NCBI RefSeq assembly: GCF_902713615.1
Contig: NC_052161.1
Location: 52,332,528 to 52,396,527, forward strand
Source of the DNA: Scyliorhinus canicula
Taxonomy: Eukaryota
Direction of reading: 5' to 3'
DNA: 64,000 nt
A model generated the notes under the pieces. The model saw nothing but the letters and a program-made list of their open reading frames with translations. It searched no databases and was not told where the DNA came from. Position numbers and translations under genes: made by a program. Of the stretch, positions 62,891 to 64,000 are shown piece by piece (the first letter of the stretch is position 1; each line of letters opens with the position of its first letter).

Positions 62891-63202
62891 TCATAGAATC
62901 ATAGAATTTACAGTGCAGAAGGAAGCCATTCGGCCCATCGGGTCTGCACCGGCCCTTGGAAAGAGCACCCTATGCCTGCACCCTAACCCCGTAACCTTTT
63001 GGAAACCAAGGGACTTTAGCATGGCAAATCCACCTAACCTGCACATCTTTGGACTGTGGGAGGAAACCGGAGCACCTGGAGGAAACCCACGCAGACACAG
63101 GGAGAAAGTGCAAACTCCGCACAATCACCCGAGGCTGGAATTGAACCTGGGACCCTGAAGCTGTGAGGCAGCAGGGCAAACCACTGTGCTACCATGCCGC
63201 CC
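62891..63202 (-). mobile_element. HE1-like V-SINE
   Basis: tcatagaatcatagaatttacagtgcagaagg tail; V-domain; tRNA head at the right end. Confidence 0.88.
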
Positions 63203-63574
63203 ACGGTGATGTTATGATATAGTTCAGTGTTTCCTAAACTTGTCCAGCCACAAAATCCTAAGTGACTTCTCAAGTGCCTCAGGGAACCCCAGGCATTCGC
63301 ATAATGTAAGCACACCTTTTTTCCACAAAATAGAGGCAAACATAGAAATCAAACGTAAACAAGTATTTTCTAGCTACATCAATGCATGTGTTAGGAATCA
63401 GGAAGAGGCACATAGTCACAAATACATTCACGAGCTACATGTTAACCCCTGAGCACGCCACCCTCCCATGACCTCTTAACATTAACCACTGGGAGTAGGA
63501 CCCATTTGAGCAGTAGGGAATCTAAAACGTTGTCTTATTAAAAAAATTAGTACTGACCTTCAGTCATTTTTAAT

Positions 63575-63836
63575 GGGAGGAATGTCCGTAGCCGCCACTC
63601 CGAGTGCCCGCCGGGTGGAAACATGAGTGAACCACGTCGGCGGGAACTCGGCCCATTGTTAGCGGAGAATCGCCGCGGGGTCCTCTTTCAATGGCTCCCG
63701 ACCGGCACCGCGTCAACCGTGCATGATTGGCGGCGATTCTCCGGTCTCCGGAGAATTGCGGGAAGGCATTGGACCCGATCGCGGGTCTGACGCTACATTC
63801 TCCACCCCCACGCGAAGGCTCGGAGAGTCCCAGCCC
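63575..63836. mobile_element. Short degraded Harbinger-type MITE
   Basis: gggaggaatgtccg ... cggagagtcccagccc; internal ggagaatcgc/gcgattctcc motifs. Confidence 0.55.
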
Positions 63837-63939
63837 AAATATTTATACTGGAATCTAGTGCTGCCATCTCATGGTTTCTTACACTATGATGTAGTCATTA
63901 ACCCTTTATATATCTTCATATACACATATCACTATATGC

Positions 63940-63996
63940 CTCTCTCTCTCACACACACACACACTTGCCTCTCCCTCACATACACAAACACACACA
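63940..63996. repeat. (CT)n(CA)n microsatellite
   Basis: ctctctctctcacacacacacacac... Confidence 0.85.
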
Positions 63997-64000
63997 TCCC

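Noticed and set aside
38966-64000. DNTT exon 3 (SQYACQRRT motif) and the BRCT exons
   Set aside because: Not found by eye. Probably beyond the right edge, although a diverged exon could have been missed.

Overview
Vertebrate genomic DNA from an elasmobranch. The evidence is HE1-like V-SINEs, Deu-domain SINEs, CR1 and Penelope fragments; the species is an inference and is not established. The window lies inside the terminal deoxynucleotidyl transferase gene (DNTT/TdT, minus strand). Four coding exons matching human exons 4-7 in length, phase and sequence were found by eye (38795-38965, 32751-32822, 27197-27320, 13765-13897). Exons 3 and 8 were not found. The introns are mostly transposon-derived: two near-complete Gypsy LTR retrotransposons and a related solo LTR (all with 5-bp TSDs), an older three-level LTR nest, CR1, Rex1/Babar, L2 and Penelope fragments, PIF/Harbinger remnants with GC-rich MITEs, many SINEs and minisatellites. 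The main finding is in the Gypsy lineage. It has no tRNA primer-binding site; the 13 nt next to the 5' LTR are instead the exact complement of the LTR segment carrying its own ATTAAA signal, with compensatory changes between families. It also has a conserved U3/R hairpin and a natural YLDN (not YxDD) RT active site. Self-priming or poly(A) masking is inferred, not shown. Boundaries marked approximate were read by eye.
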